A DNA stretch of 64,000 nucleotides from Nitrospirota bacterium (GCA_016194285.1 JACQBZ010000028.1:25320-89319); one strand, 5' to 3'; numbered from the stretch's first letter, positions 48,155 to 58,167 are shown. Translations and numbers: made by a program. The notes: generated from the letters alone by a model not told the origin.

Positions 48155-49450
48155 ATGAAATCGGTCGCGGTCAGAAAAAGTCGGGGGATTCGGGGAACGA
48201 TCTCGGCGCCCGGAGATAAATCGATCACCCACCGCGCGATCATCCTGGGCTCGCTCGCGCGCGGGACCACGGTGGTCAACGGATATCTGCCTTCCGAGGA
48301 CTGTCTGCATACCGTCTCGGCCTTCCGTTCGATGGGCATTTCCATCGAAGAAGTCCAAACGGCCGGTGGTCCACTGCGGATCGACGGGAAAGGGCTTCAC
48401 GGCCTTTCCGAACCGTCGGCCGTCTTGGATTTGGGAAATTCCGGCACGGGGCTGAGGCTTCTGACCGGCGTCCTGGCCGGCCAGGATTTTTTTTCGGTCT
48501 TGACCGGAGACGAATCGCTGCGGCGTCGACCCATGCGGCGGGTGGTCGATCCACTCCGGCGGATGGGGGCCGAAATCAACGGTCGGGAGGGTGGAAATTT
48601 GGCGCCGTTGGGCGTTCGGGGACGGCGGCTGAAAGGCATCGCCTATGCTTTACCGGTAGCCAGCGCGCAGGTCAAGTCGGCCCTGCTTCTGGCCGGATTG
48701 CTGGCGGAGGGCCGAACCGTCTTGACCGAACCGCTGCCGTCTCGCGATCATACCGAGCGGATGTTTCGCGGGCTTGGGATTTCCGTTGAGATCAAAGGGG
48801 CGGAACTTTCGCTGGAACCGCCGTCTGAATTTGCCGGCTGTGAAATCGATGTCCCGGGGGATTTCTCATCCGCTGCTTTTTTTATCGTGGCCGCCACGAT
48901 TGTGAAAGATTCGGAGCTGGTGATCCGCCATGTGGGCGTCAATCCCACGCGCACCGGTCTTCTAAATCTGCTTTCCGAAATGGGGGCCGAGATCCGTATC
49001 GAGAACCGCCGCGAGGTCAATCAGGAACCGGTCGCGGATCTGGTGGTGCGGTCGCGGCCGCTCAAGGGGATCCCGATTCGGCCCGAGAGCGTGCCGAAGA
49101 CGATCGATGAATTTCCGATCCTGTGCGTCGCCGCGGCCGTGGCGGAGGGCGAGACCGTCGTCCGGGGCGCGGAAGAGCTTCGCGTGAAGGAAACGGACCG
49201 GATCCAGGCCATCGTCCGCGAGCTTTCCAAACTGGGCGTCGACCTGAAAGAACTTCCGGATGGGCTGGTAATCCGGGGGGGCCGAAAACTTTCGGGGGCC
49301 CGGTGTCTGAGCTACGGCGATCACCGCATCGCAATGGCCCTGGCCATCGCCGGTCTGGTCGCCGAGGGCGAGACCGTGGTGGAAGGGACCGAATGGATCG
49401 AGACCTCCTTTCCCGGCTTCGAACGGCTCCTCCGGTCGGTCGGACAGTAA
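48155..49450 (+). CDS. aroA: 3-phosphoshikimate 1-carboxyvinyltransferase (EPSP synthase)
   Basis: ISAPGDKSITHRAIILGSLA...LGNSGTGLRLL... Confidence 0.92.
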   Translation: MKSVAVRKSRGIRGTISAPGDKSITHRAIILGSLARGTTVVNGYLPSEDCLHTVSAFRSMGISIEEVQTAGGPLRIDGKGLHGLSEPSAVLDLGNSGTGLRLLTGVLAGQDFFSVLTGDESLRRRPMRRVVDPLRRMGAEINGREGGNLAPLGVRGRRLKGIAYALPVASAQVKSALLLAGLLAEGRTVLTEPLPSRDHTERMFRGLGISVEIKGAELSLEPPSEFAGCEIDVPGDFSSAAFFIVAATIVKDSELVIRHVGVNPTRTGLLNLLSEMGAEIRIENRREVNQEPVADLVVRSRPLKGIPIRPESVPKTIDEFPILCVAAAVAEGETVVRGAEELRVKETDRIQAIVRELSKLGVDLKELPDGLVIRGGRKLSGARCLSYGDHRIAMALAIAGLVAEGETVVEGTEWIETSFPGFERLLRSVGQ

Positions 49451-49651
49451 GGACGGGTGCCGAATTATGAGGCTGCTCAAAACGTCCCGGCTGCGAGGCC
49501 GCAGGGCCGAGGCGACCGGAGCGTACGAAACAGGTACGTGAGGATCGCCGAGGGCCGAGAAACCGCACCGCACGGCGACAGCGGCGCGGAATATAATCAA
49601 TCAGCGCCGAAGGCGCGACTTTTCGGTTCGCCGTCTTCGGCAACAAAGCAG

Positions 49652-50356
49652 ATGGGCGTTTTCAGCAGAAACATCATCATCGCGATCGACGGTCCGGCCG
49701 GCTCGGGCAAAAGCAGCGCCGCCCGATTGCTGGCGAAGACGCTGGGCTATCTTTATCTGGACACCGGCGCCCTCTACCGTGCGGTGGGATGGAAGGCGTT
49801 GAAGGAAGGGGTGAGCGTTCAGGATGAAGAGGTCCTCGCAAAGTTATGTTCGCGGCTGAAATTGACGGTCAGGCCCGCCGGTGACGGGATGAAGATCTAT
49901 GTGGACGGACGCGACATCACGGGCGCGATCCGAACGCCGGACGTGAGCCGGGCCGCCGCGGCCGTGGCCGTGGTGGCGGCGGTCCGCCATCGGTTGCTGG
50001 GAATCCAGCGCCGGATGGGGAAAAAAACCGGCGCGCACGGCGGCATCGTGGTGGAGGGTCGCGATATCGGAACGGTGGTGTTTCCTGAAGCAACGGTGAA
50101 GTTCTTCTTGAACGCTTCTCCGGAGGTTCGTGTGAAGCGCCGGTATCAGGAGCTCCGGCAGCAGGGAATGCCGGTCGATCTGACCGTGACCCGGCAAGAG
50201 ATCGACACACGGGACCTGAAAGACTCCAGCCGGGAGATTGCGCCGCTCAAGGTGGCGGAAGACGCGATCCGAATCGACTCGACCGGCTTGACATTGGACG
50301 GCGTGGTTTCGACGATGTTGGAAACGATACAGCAGAAAGCGGGCTTGAAACGATGA
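49652..50356 (+). CDS. cmk: Cytidylate kinase
   Basis: IIIAIDGPAGSGKSSAARLLA...LDTGALYRA. Confidence 0.9.
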   Translation: MGVFSRNIIIAIDGPAGSGKSSAARLLAKTLGYLYLDTGALYRAVGWKALKEGVSVQDEEVLAKLCSRLKLTVRPAGDGMKIYVDGRDITGAIRTPDVSRAAAAVAVVAAVRHRLLGIQRRMGKKTGAHGGIVVEGRDIGTVVFPEATVKFFLNASPEVRVKRRYQELRQQGMPVDLTVTRQEIDTRDLKDSSREIAPLKVAEDAIRIDSTGLTLDGVVSTMLETIQQKAGLKR

Positions 50357-50392
50357 GGGGCCGGTTCTATTGCGGTCCGGTTGATCGTTGAT

Positions 50393-51067
50393 ATGCTGTA
50401 CGCAATCTCCCGTGCGCTTGTGAAAATATTGGGGCGGCTCCTGTTGCGATTGCGAGTGATCGGAGCGGAGCACATCCCCAAAACCGGACCGGCTCTGATC
50501 GCCGCAAATCATGTGAGTTACCTGGATATTCCGCTTCTCGGCGTCATGATCGACCGGCCGCTTCATTTCATGGGGAAGGCCAGTCTGTTTCGCGGTCGTT
50601 GGGTCGGGTGGCTTTATCGGAAACTGAACGGTTTCCCGATTAAAAAAGGGGCCCGCTCACGGGTCGGATTGATGGAGGCCGTCCACCGGCTCAAGCAAGG
50701 CCACTGCGTGGTGATGTATCCGGAGGGTGGTCGAAGCGTCAGCGGTCGGCTCCAGCATCCGATGCCGGGGATCGGGATGATCGTGGCCATGAGCGGGGCG
50801 AAAGTGATTCCGGTCTATGTGGCCGGAACCGACAAGGTGCTCCCGGTGGGCGCCTGGATGATTCGGATCCATCCGGTGACGGTGTTGATCGGCGAACCCC
50901 TCGATTTCACGGAGCAAGTCCGGAAGGAAAACGGGAAGGAACTTTATCTTCAGATCAGCCGCACCGTGATGGAACAGATCATGAAGTTGGAGGCTCAGGC
51001 CACGGGTAAACCGGTGCAAAAGATCGATTCCGTACCGGATGCGGCCGTGAAGGGTGAAAATAATTAA
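50393..51067 (+). CDS. plsC: 1-acyl-sn-glycerol-3-phosphate acyltransferase
   Basis: AANHVSYLDIPLLG (HX4D motif) and YPEGGRS. Confidence 0.85.
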   Translation: MLYAISRALVKILGRLLLRLRVIGAEHIPKTGPALIAANHVSYLDIPLLGVMIDRPLHFMGKASLFRGRWVGWLYRKLNGFPIKKGARSRVGLMEAVHRLKQGHCVVMYPEGGRSVSGRLQHPMPGIGMIVAMSGAKVIPVYVAGTDKVLPVGAWMIRIHPVTVLIGEPLDFTEQVRKENGKELYLQISRTVMEQIMKLEAQATGKPVQKIDSVPDAAVKGENN

Positions 51068-51174
51068 AGTAGTGACAAATCATGAAAAAGTATAGTACAA
51101 TGCGCATTCAGTTTTTCTAGGAAACAAATTATAATCCAATCGAACGGATCGAACGGAAAGGGGACACAGACAGC

Positions 51175-52830
51175 ATGACGTTTTCGGAAGACGCACCGAT
51201 CACCAACACGGCAGGGGCGCCCAATGAAGAGCTCCCGATGAATATGCACGCCCTCTATGAGGAGTCGTTCAAGAATTTAAAGGAAGGAGGGGTCGTCGAG
51301 GGGACGGTGGTTGCCATCCAACAGGCCGGCGTGGTGGTGGATATCGGTTACAAATCCGAGGGACTGATCCCCGCCAGTGAGTTCAGCTCGACCGAGATCG
51401 CGGCCCTGAAGGTCGGGGAACAGATCCAGGTTTATCTGGAGGAGCGTGAGGACAACGAGGGGAACCTCATTCTTTCCAAGGAGAAGGCGGCCAAGATGAA
51501 GGTCTGGGAAGTCTTGGAGAAGTCCTTCGAAAAAGAAGAGGTCGTCGAGGGCAAGATGGTCTCAAAAGTCAAGGGCGGGATGATGGTGGATATCGGGGTC
51601 AAGGCCTTCCTGCCGGGTTCGCAGATCGACCTTCATCCGGTCCGGGACCTAGATTCCCTGATCGGCAAAACCTTTCCGATGAAGATTATCAAGATGAACC
51701 ACCGCCGGGGCAACATCGTTGTGTCCCGTCGCGTGCTGTTGGAGGAGTCCCGAGACAAGAAACGCCGAGCCGCCATGGCGACGCTGGAAGACGGGCAGCT
51801 CATCGATGGGATGGTCAAGAACATTACGGAGTACGGGGCTTTTATTGATCTGGGCGGGATCGACGGTCTGCTCCATATCACGGACATGTCCTGGGGGCGC
51901 GTGAACCATCCCTCCGAGATTTTGTCGGTGGGCGACCGGATCGGTGTGGTCGTCCTTAAATATGACAAAGAAACCGGCCGCGTTTCTCTGGGACTCAAGC
52001 AAAAGACGCCGGATCCCTGGGGACGGGTGGAGGAGAAATACCCCGTCGGGACTCGGGTCAAAGGGAAAATCGTGAGCATCACGGATTACGGAGCCTTTGT
52101 GGAGCTTGAGGCCGGCATCGAGGGCCTGGTTCATATCTCGGAGATGTCCTGGAGTCACGAGGTCCGCCATCCTTCCAAACTGGTTTCGGTCGGGGACCAT
52201 GTGGAGGTGGTTGTCCTGATGGTGGACCGGGAGAACCGCAAGATCTCGCTGGGCATGAAGCAGGTGACGCCGAATCCGTGGAGCGCGGTCGAGGGCAAAT
52301 ATCCGGTCGGGAGCCGGATCACCGGCAAGATCAAGGGACTGACCGACTTCGGCGCGTTTGTGGGACTGGAGGAAGGGATCGACGGGCTGATCCATATTTC
52401 GGACATGTCCTGGACCAAACGTCTTACCCATCCCTCCGAGTTGTTCAAAAAAGGTCAGCCGGTCGAGGCGGTGGTTCTCAAAGTGGACAAAGAAAAAGAG
52501 CGCCTGTCGCTCGGCTACAAGCAGCTTCAATCCGACCCGTGGGAGACCGGTATCGCCGAGAAATACCATGTCGGCGATGTGGTGAAGTGCCGGATCGTCA
52601 AGGTGACGGATTTTGGCGTCTTCGTCGAGCTGGAGGACGGAGTCGAAGGGCTGATCCATGTCAGTGAAACGGGCATCGAACCGTCTTCCCGAATCAGCGA
52701 TGCCATGCAGGTCAATGATGTCATTCGAGCCCAGATCATCAAGATGGACCTTACGGAACGCAAGATTGCTTTGAGCATCAAGGCCTATAAGAGCGAGCAG
52801 GAACGCGCCCAGAAAAAGGATAAGAAGTAA
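51175..52830 (+). CDS. rpsA: 30S ribosomal protein S1
   Basis: Six tandem S1 domains; 551 aa. Confidence 0.95.
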   Translation: MTFSEDAPITNTAGAPNEELPMNMHALYEESFKNLKEGGVVEGTVVAIQQAGVVVDIGYKSEGLIPASEFSSTEIAALKVGEQIQVYLEEREDNEGNLILSKEKAAKMKVWEVLEKSFEKEEVVEGKMVSKVKGGMMVDIGVKAFLPGSQIDLHPVRDLDSLIGKTFPMKIIKMNHRRGNIVVSRRVLLEESRDKKRRAAMATLEDGQLIDGMVKNITEYGAFIDLGGIDGLLHITDMSWGRVNHPSEILSVGDRIGVVVLKYDKETGRVSLGLKQKTPDPWGRVEEKYPVGTRVKGKIVSITDYGAFVELEAGIEGLVHISEMSWSHEVRHPSKLVSVGDHVEVVVLMVDRENRKISLGMKQVTPNPWSAVEGKYPVGSRITGKIKGLTDFGAFVGLEEGIDGLIHISDMSWTKRLTHPSELFKKGQPVEAVVLKVDKEKERLSLGYKQLQSDPWETGIAEKYHVGDVVKCRIVKVTDFGVFVELEDGVEGLIHVSETGIEPSSRISDAMQVNDVIRAQIIKMDLTERKIALSIKAYKSEQERAQKKDKK

Positions 52831-52835
52831 AAACG

Positions 52836-53726
52836 GTGCAGGTGATGAAAAGGCATCCGTTGATCGTCGGCTTGGTTCTGTTGGCCGTCCTGGCCGTCCT
52901 TTTCTTTTTTGTGACCTATTCCGCCACCCTCATGCAGGCCGGCGGCGGCTTCCTTGAAGACCGGATCGCCCTGGTCAAAATCGAGGGCGTCATCCTCGAT
53001 TCTTCCGACACGATCGAAGAACTCCGTCGATACCATAACAGCTCCGGGATCAAGGCCATCATCCTCCGGATCAACAGCCCCGGCGGCGGGGTCGTTCCCT
53101 CGCAGGAAATCTACGAAGAAGTGAAAAAAATCCGCGAGGAAGGCCAAAAGAAAGTGGTGGTTTCGATGGGGACGGTCGCGGCTTCCGGGGGGTATTACAT
53201 CGCCAGCGCCTCGAACCGAATCGTGGCCAATCCGGGCACGCTGACGGGGAGCATCGGCGTGATCATGGAGTTGGCCAATGTGGAGGGGTTGTTTAAGAAG
53301 ATCGGCGTGGAGAGCGTCGTGATCAAGAGCGGGCGGAACAAGGACATCGGCTCTCCCTTCCGCAAGATGAAGCCGGAGGAGCGGGCGATTCTGCAACGCT
53401 TGATGGACGATGTCCATGACCAGTTTATCCAGGCGGTGGCCGAGGGACGGGGGTTGGCGGAAGATCGGGTTCGCGAGATGGCGGACGGAAGCGTCTTCAC
53501 CGGACGGCAGGCCAAAGAGCTCGGGCTGGTGGATGACATTGGAGATCTTCAGGATACCATCCGCGTCACGGCCGATCTGGTCGGAATCAAAGGGGAGCCC
53601 CGGATCGTGGAGTCCCGAAAACGGGTCTCGATATTGGATCTGTTCCGGGACCAGTTCCTGGGCCGGTTGCCCAGCATGCAACTGCCCCAGGCCGGCGTTT
53701 CAATGAAATATCTTCTGGTGTTTTAA
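52836..53726 (+). CDS. sppA: Signal peptide peptidase SppA (36K type)
   Basis: N-terminal TM segment, then ...GTVAASGGYYIASA... ClpP/crotonase fold with Ser protease motif. Confidence 0.85.
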   Translation: MQVMKRHPLIVGLVLLAVLAVLFFFVTYSATLMQAGGGFLEDRIALVKIEGVILDSSDTIEELRRYHNSSGIKAIILRINSPGGGVVPSQEIYEEVKKIREEGQKKVVVSMGTVAASGGYYIASASNRIVANPGTLTGSIGVIMELANVEGLFKKIGVESVVIKSGRNKDIGSPFRKMKPEERAILQRLMDDVHDQFIQAVAEGRGLAEDRVREMADGSVFTGRQAKELGLVDDIGDLQDTIRVTADLVGIKGEPRIVESRKRVSILDLFRDQFLGRLPSMQLPQAGVSMKYLLVF

Positions 53727-53765
53727 ATTGATCCTTGTCCAAGTTTATTCACGAGGAGAGCAGAG

Positions 53766-54044
53766 ATGACCAAAGCTCAGTTGATCGAAACGATGTCCCA
53801 GAAAGTGACCCACCTCACGAAACGTCAGACCGAGATGATCGTCAACACGATCTTCAACAGCATACGGCAGTCGCTGGCCAACGGGGACAAGATCGAGATC
53901 CGCGGCTTCGGGAGCTTTAAGCTCCGCCAACGGCGCATGCGGGAAGGCCGGAATCCCAAGACCGGCACCCAGGTCCATGTCCCGGCCAAGCGCGTGCCGT
54001 TCTTCAAGGCCGGAAAAGAACTGAAAGAGATTGTAAATAGTTAA
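53766..54044 (+). CDS. ihfB: Integration host factor beta subunit / HU-family DNA-binding protein
   Basis: EIRGFGSFKLRQRR.R.GRNPKTG is the IHF/HU signature. Length 92 aa. Confidence 0.85.
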   Translation: MTKAQLIETMSQKVTHLTKRQTEMIVNTIFNSIRQSLANGDKIEIRGFGSFKLRQRRMREGRNPKTGTQVHVPAKRVPFFKAGKELKEIVNS

Positions 54045-54619
54045 TCAAACCGGCAGGAAAGCGAGAGCGCTTTTTCAAGCCGATGGATGTATTCCCGACG
54101 GGAGATTTCGACCGCGCCGAAGCGCTTCAAGTGCGTCGTCGTGAACTGGACGTCGAACAACCGATAGCCCCGCTCCTTCAATCGGTTCAGGAGAAACACC
54201 AGGCAGACTTTTGAAGCATCGCGCACAATCGTAAACATCGATTCGCCCATGAACGCCCCGCCCAGGCTCACGCCATAAATCCCGCCCGCCAGTTTCCCTT
54301 CGTGATAGGCTTCGACCGAGTGGGCTTTGCCCAGACGATGCATCGCCGTGTAGGCGGCCATGATCTCCCCGCTGATCCAGGTCTCCTCTCGATTCGCACA
54401 GCCTCGTATGACCCCGTCAAAATCGCGGTTGACGGTGATTTCAAACTTCGGCCGACGGATCGTCCGGCCCAAACGCCGAGGGATGTGGGACCGTTCCAGA
54501 TCGATGATCGTCCGCGGATCGGGCGAGTACCAATGAATCCGTCCATCCTCATCCGCCATCGGAAAGATACCTCGGCGGTAGGCTTCTTCAAGCAGTTCGG
54601 GCGGGATGGCCTGGGACAT
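54041..54619 (-). CDS. aat: Leucyl/phenylalanyl-tRNA--protein transferase
   Basis: YRRGIFPMADEDGRIHWYSPDPR... Confidence 0.9.
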   Translation of the reverse strand: MSQAIPPELLEEAYRRGIFPMADEDGRIHWYSPDPRTIIDLERSHIPRRLGRTIRRPKFEITVNRDFDGVIRGCANREETWISGEIMAAYTAMHRLGKAHSVEAYHEGKLAGGIYGVSLGGAFMGESMFTIVRDASKVCLVFLLNRLKERGYRLFDVQFTTTHLKRFGAVEISRREYIHRLEKALSLSCRFD

Positions 54620-54622
54620 GAA

Positions 54623-56008
54623 TCACGCCGCCTTCAGCGCGCCGATCAGATCGAGAATCGCCTTCTTCCCGTCGGCGAAGTACATCAACGTGTTGTCGGC
54701 GGCGAACAGGGGATTGGGAATCCCGGCGAAACCGGGACTCAAGCTGCGCTTGATCACGACCACCGTCCTGGCCTTATCCACATTCAGGATCGGCATGCCG
54801 GCGATCGGACTCGACGGATCGGTCCGCGCCACCGGGTTGACCACGTCATTGGCGCCGATCACCAGCGCGACGTCGGTCTGCTCGAACGCGGGGTTGATCT
54901 CGTCCATCTCTTTGAGTTTATCGTAGGGGATGTCGGCCTCGGCCAGCAGCACGTTCATATGGCCAGGCATCCGTCCGGCGACGGGATGAATCGCGAACGC
55001 CACCTCCGCGCCGCGACTTTCCAGCAAAATGGCGAGGTCGCGGACGGCATGCTGGGCCTGGGAGACGGCCATCCCGTATCCGGGAACGATCACAACGCGA
55101 CGGGCCGTGTCCAGCAACGAGGCGATCTCTTCGGCCGTGGCCGCTTTCACCTTTCCTCCGTAAACCTGGTCGGCCGTCGGGCCGACGGCCGGCGCGATAC
55201 CCATCCCGCCGAACAGAACGTTGGCGAGCGACCGGTTCATCGCCTTGCACATTAAAATAGACAGCACGAAACCGGAGGCCCCGTCCAGCGTGCCGGCGAT
55301 GATGAGAATGGTGTTCGAGATCACAAATCCGGTGGCCGCGGCCGCCAAACCGGCATAGGAATTCAGCAGAGAAATGACCACCGGCATGTCCGCCGCGCCG
55401 ATCGGCAGGACCAAGAGGATTCCGAATACGAGGCCCAGACCCACCAAGAGATAGAACAGAGGGCCCGCGGCCGGGACGGCGATGAGGTAGAACCAGATCC
55501 CCAACAGGAAGGCGAAGAGCGCGACGTTCGAGGTGTTTTGACCCCGGTAGGTGATCAGCGACCCGGTGATCAGTTCCTGGAGCTTGGAAAACGCCATCAG
55601 GCTTCCGGTGACCGTCAGGGCTCCCATCATGACTTCAAAACCGATCGCGGTCATCTTGATCGGGCCGAGTTCCGATCCGTGCCGATGGTACTCGGATATT
55701 CCGACGAGGGTCACAGCCAGGGCCCCAAAGGCATGGGACAGGGCGGTTCGCTGCGGCATGGCGGTCATCGGCGTCCAGAGCGCGATTCCGACCCCGATCA
55801 TGGACCCGATCACCATTCCGGTGATGATCCATTGATAGCGGATGATCTCGTGATGGAAAAGCGTCCCCACAATCGCCAGGGCCATCCCGATCTCGGCCAG
55901 GAACATCCCGCGTCGGGCGGTCCTCGCGGAGTTCAGATCTTTAAGCCCCAGGATGAACAGGATCGAAGCGACCAGATAGGCCCATTGGATGAAGGCGCTT
56001 GCGGTCAT
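54623..56008 (-). CDS. pntB: NAD(P) transhydrogenase subunit beta
   Basis: 461 aa with an N-terminal TM domain and a C-terminal NADP(H)-binding dIII (VPGYGMAV...GANDVVNP). Confidence 0.92.
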   Translation of the reverse strand: MTASAFIQWAYLVASILFILGLKDLNSARTARRGMFLAEIGMALAIVGTLFHHEIIRYQWIITGMVIGSMIGVGIALWTPMTAMPQRTALSHAFGALAVTLVGISEYHRHGSELGPIKMTAIGFEVMMGALTVTGSLMAFSKLQELITGSLITYRGQNTSNVALFAFLLGIWFYLIAVPAAGPLFYLLVGLGLVFGILLVLPIGAADMPVVISLLNSYAGLAAAATGFVISNTILIIAGTLDGASGFVLSILMCKAMNRSLANVLFGGMGIAPAVGPTADQVYGGKVKAATAEEIASLLDTARRVVIVPGYGMAVSQAQHAVRDLAILLESRGAEVAFAIHPVAGRMPGHMNVLLAEADIPYDKLKEMDEINPAFEQTDVALVIGANDVVNPVARTDPSSPIAGMPILNVDKARTVVVIKRSLSPGFAGIPNPLFAADNTLMYFADGKKAILDLIGALKAA

Positions 56009-56295
56009 CGCCGGTTTTTATCCTTCTTGAACATCTTCAGTATCCGGTCGGTGATGAGGAACCCTCCCACGACATTCGTCATGGCCGAGACCACCGCGAT
56101 GAATCCCAGGATGGTACTCACGGTGCCATAGTCGGACCCTGCGGTGACCAGCGCGCCCACCACCGAGATCGCGGAGATGGCATTGGTGGCGGACATGAGC
56201 GGCGTGTGGAGCAGCGGCGGGACCCGTGAGATCACCTGATAGCCCACAAAGGCGGCCAGCACGAAGATCGTGAGTAATGCGATCGAAATATCCAT
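56005..56295 (-). CDS. pntA: NAD(P) transhydrogenase alpha subunit part 2 (membrane dII segment)
   Basis: 96-aa hydrophobic protein between pntAA and pntB. Confidence 0.85.
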   Translation of the reverse strand: MDISIALLTIFVLAAFVGYQVISRVPPLLHTPLMSATNAISAISVVGALVTAGSDYGTVSTILGFIAVVSAMTNVVGGFLITDRILKMFKKDKNRR

Positions 56296-56313
56296 CAGCG
56301 TTCCTTTCTATTT

Positions 56314-57564
56314 TTAGGGGCTAGCGTCGCCCCCTCCACCGGCAGAGCCGGATGGAGCCTCCCCCTCTCGCTCGCTTCCGCTCGCTGGGTGACCACCGCC
56401 GGCCAATGCGGCCGTCGGTCCCAAAAGCTCCCGAACCCGTGAGTGCACCACCTCCCCGTTCCGGGCCACGAGCGTTTCGCGGATGATGGCGTCCTGTGCG
56501 TCAAGACGAAGCTGGCCTTCCTTCACGATGTGGGTCAGAAACGCCGAGATATTTTTGGCGTACAGCTGGCTGGCGTGATAGGGAACCGTTGCGGCGAGGC
56601 GGACCGGTCCGATAATCGTCACGCGGTGGGCCGTAACGGTCCGGCCGGGCTGCGTCAATTCGCAATTGCCCCCGTTCTCGGCGGCCAGATCGATGATCAC
56701 CGAGCCGGGGGCCATGCCGGATACCATCGCCCCGGTTAGCAGCACCGGCGATCGTTTGCCGGGAATCGCCGCGGTGCAAATGACCACATCGCTTCCGGCC
56801 ACGACGCGGGCCATGGTCTCGCGCTGCCGACGGTAAAACGATTCATCCATAGCCTTGGCATAACCGCCTTCGGACTCCGTGCCGGAAGTGTCCAGGGACA
56901 GCTCCACGAACTTCGCCCCCACGCTCTGAACCTGCTCTTTGACGGCGGGGCGAACATCGTACGCCTGCACGACCGCACCCAGCCGGCGCGCGGTCGCGAT
57001 CGCCTGCAGCCCCGCCACCCCGGCGCCGATCACGAAGGCGCGGGCCGGGTTGACGGTTCCGGCGGCCGTCATCAACATCGGAAACATTCGGGGCAGCGCC
57101 TCGGCCGCGAGCAGCACCGCTTTGTATCCGGCGATGGTCGCCATCGAACTCAAGACGTCCATGCTCTGCGCCCGGGTGATTCGGGGCAGGAGTTCCAGGG
57201 CGAACACGACGGCGCGCCGTTCGGCCAGATCTTTTACGGCCTTGGGAGAGGAAAGCGGATCCTGCAATCCAATAAGGATCTGGTCGGGGCGTACGTGGTT
57301 GAGGTCGGCGCGGCCGGCCTCCGGGTTGGCTCCGAGGCCGAGGACTTGGAGAATGATATCGGCCGAGCGGAATAAGTCGGTGCGTCCCGCGATGATCTGT
57401 GCACCTTTTTCTTGGTAGGCCACGTCCAAAAAGCCGGCCGCCTCGCCGGCCCCGACCTCAATCGAGATTTGGAGCCCGGCTTTGATGAGGGCGGCCGCGA
57501 CGGCGGGAACAAGGGCGACACGCCGCTCGCCCGGAAAGGTTTCTTTGGGGACTCCGATGATCAT
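56314..57564 (-). CDS. pntA: NAD(P) transhydrogenase alpha subunit part 1 (alanine dehydrogenase/PNT domain) with repeat-encoded C-terminal tail
   Basis: MIIGVPKETFPGERRVALVP...GAGVAGLQAI. The C-terminal ...EREGEAPSGSAGGGGDASP is encoded by REP-like repeat copy 3. Confidence 0.85.
   Translation of the reverse strand: MIIGVPKETFPGERRVALVPAVAAALIKAGLQISIEVGAGEAAGFLDVAYQEKGAQIIAGRTDLFRSADIILQVLGLGANPEAGRADLNHVRPDQILIGLQDPLSSPKAVKDLAERRAVVFALELLPRITRAQSMDVLSSMATIAGYKAVLLAAEALPRMFPMLMTAAGTVNPARAFVIGAGVAGLQAIATARRLGAVVQAYDVRPAVKEQVQSVGAKFVELSLDTSGTESEGGYAKAMDESFYRRQRETMARVVAGSDVVICTAAIPGKRSPVLLTGAMVSGMAPGSVIIDLAAENGGNCELTQPGRTVTAHRVTIIGPVRLAATVPYHASQLYAKNISAFLTHIVKEGQLRLDAQDAIIRETLVARNGEVVHSRVRELLGPTAALAGGGHPASGSEREGEAPSGSAGGGGDASP
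56317..56378 (-). repeat. REP-like palindromic repeat copy 3 (inside pntAA 3' end)
   Basis: The reverse complement reads GCGAGCGAGAGGGGGAGGCTCCATCCGGCTCTGCCGGTGGAGGGGGCGACGCTAGCCCC-TAA. Confidence 0.7.
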
Positions 57565-57912
57565 CGAGGAGTTACTATACCAGTGCTGTGTCGCAGAGGT
57601 CAAACCTCTGAAAAGGCCCCGGACCTCCGTCCTGAACGGAATCTTGAATGGTCCTTTAAGACCCCGGGGGGAGAGATCGGAACGGGTCAAAGAAATAATT
57701 GCCTTGACATTCTATAAATCTTTGTTTTATATTACATTATCCTGCCACCATGCACAACGTTGTATTACGTTGCGGCTTCATCTGTATTAGTATGTGTTTG
57801 TACAGCGTGGAGATGGGGAAATGGCACGGTTTTCTCTTCTCGAATCTTCCTGTTCATCGATGGATTCTTGTCCTACCGGCCGCCCCCTCTTATGCTATCG
57901 GCGGGTGAATCG

Positions 57913-58161
57913 ATGACCCTTCCAGATCACCCTCGTCTCATATCTTCGCTCAAACGCTTTTCAAAATTCGCAAGTGGCATCGTCATTTTTATCGGCGGCC
58001 TTGCGCTCGTCGGCTGGATGTTCGATATCGAAGTTCTTACAAGCGGTCTTCCCGGTTTGGTGGCCATGAACCCTGCCACGGCGCTCGCCTTTATTCTGTC
58101 CGGCGTGTCGTTGGGACTGTACTGGCTCGTGCTGAACGAAGTTCCGCCGCAGGAAAGGTAG
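57913..58161 (+). CDS. Small two-TM membrane protein resembling the N-terminus of a membrane sensor
   Basis: MTLPDHPRLISSLKRFSKFASGIVIFIGGLALVGWMFDIEVL...ALAFILSGVSLGL; the start is uncertain. Confidence 0.35.
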   Translation: MTLPDHPRLISSLKRFSKFASGIVIFIGGLALVGWMFDIEVLTSGLPGLVAMNPATALAFILSGVSLGLYWLVLNEVPPQER

Positions 58162-58167
58162 ACGGCC

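Noticed and set aside
43948-48345. Long minus-strand ORFs (334, 348 and 391 aa) opposite pheA, the aroF-like gene and tyrA
   Set aside because: These are antisense to well-supported biosynthetic genes and are high-GC frame artefacts.
51649-55255. Long antisense ORFs opposite rpsA, sppA and pntB (336 and 298 aa on the minus strand; 317 aa on the plus strand)
   Set aside because: The sense-strand genes are unambiguous. These ORFs have no ribosome-binding sites and their composition is low complexity.
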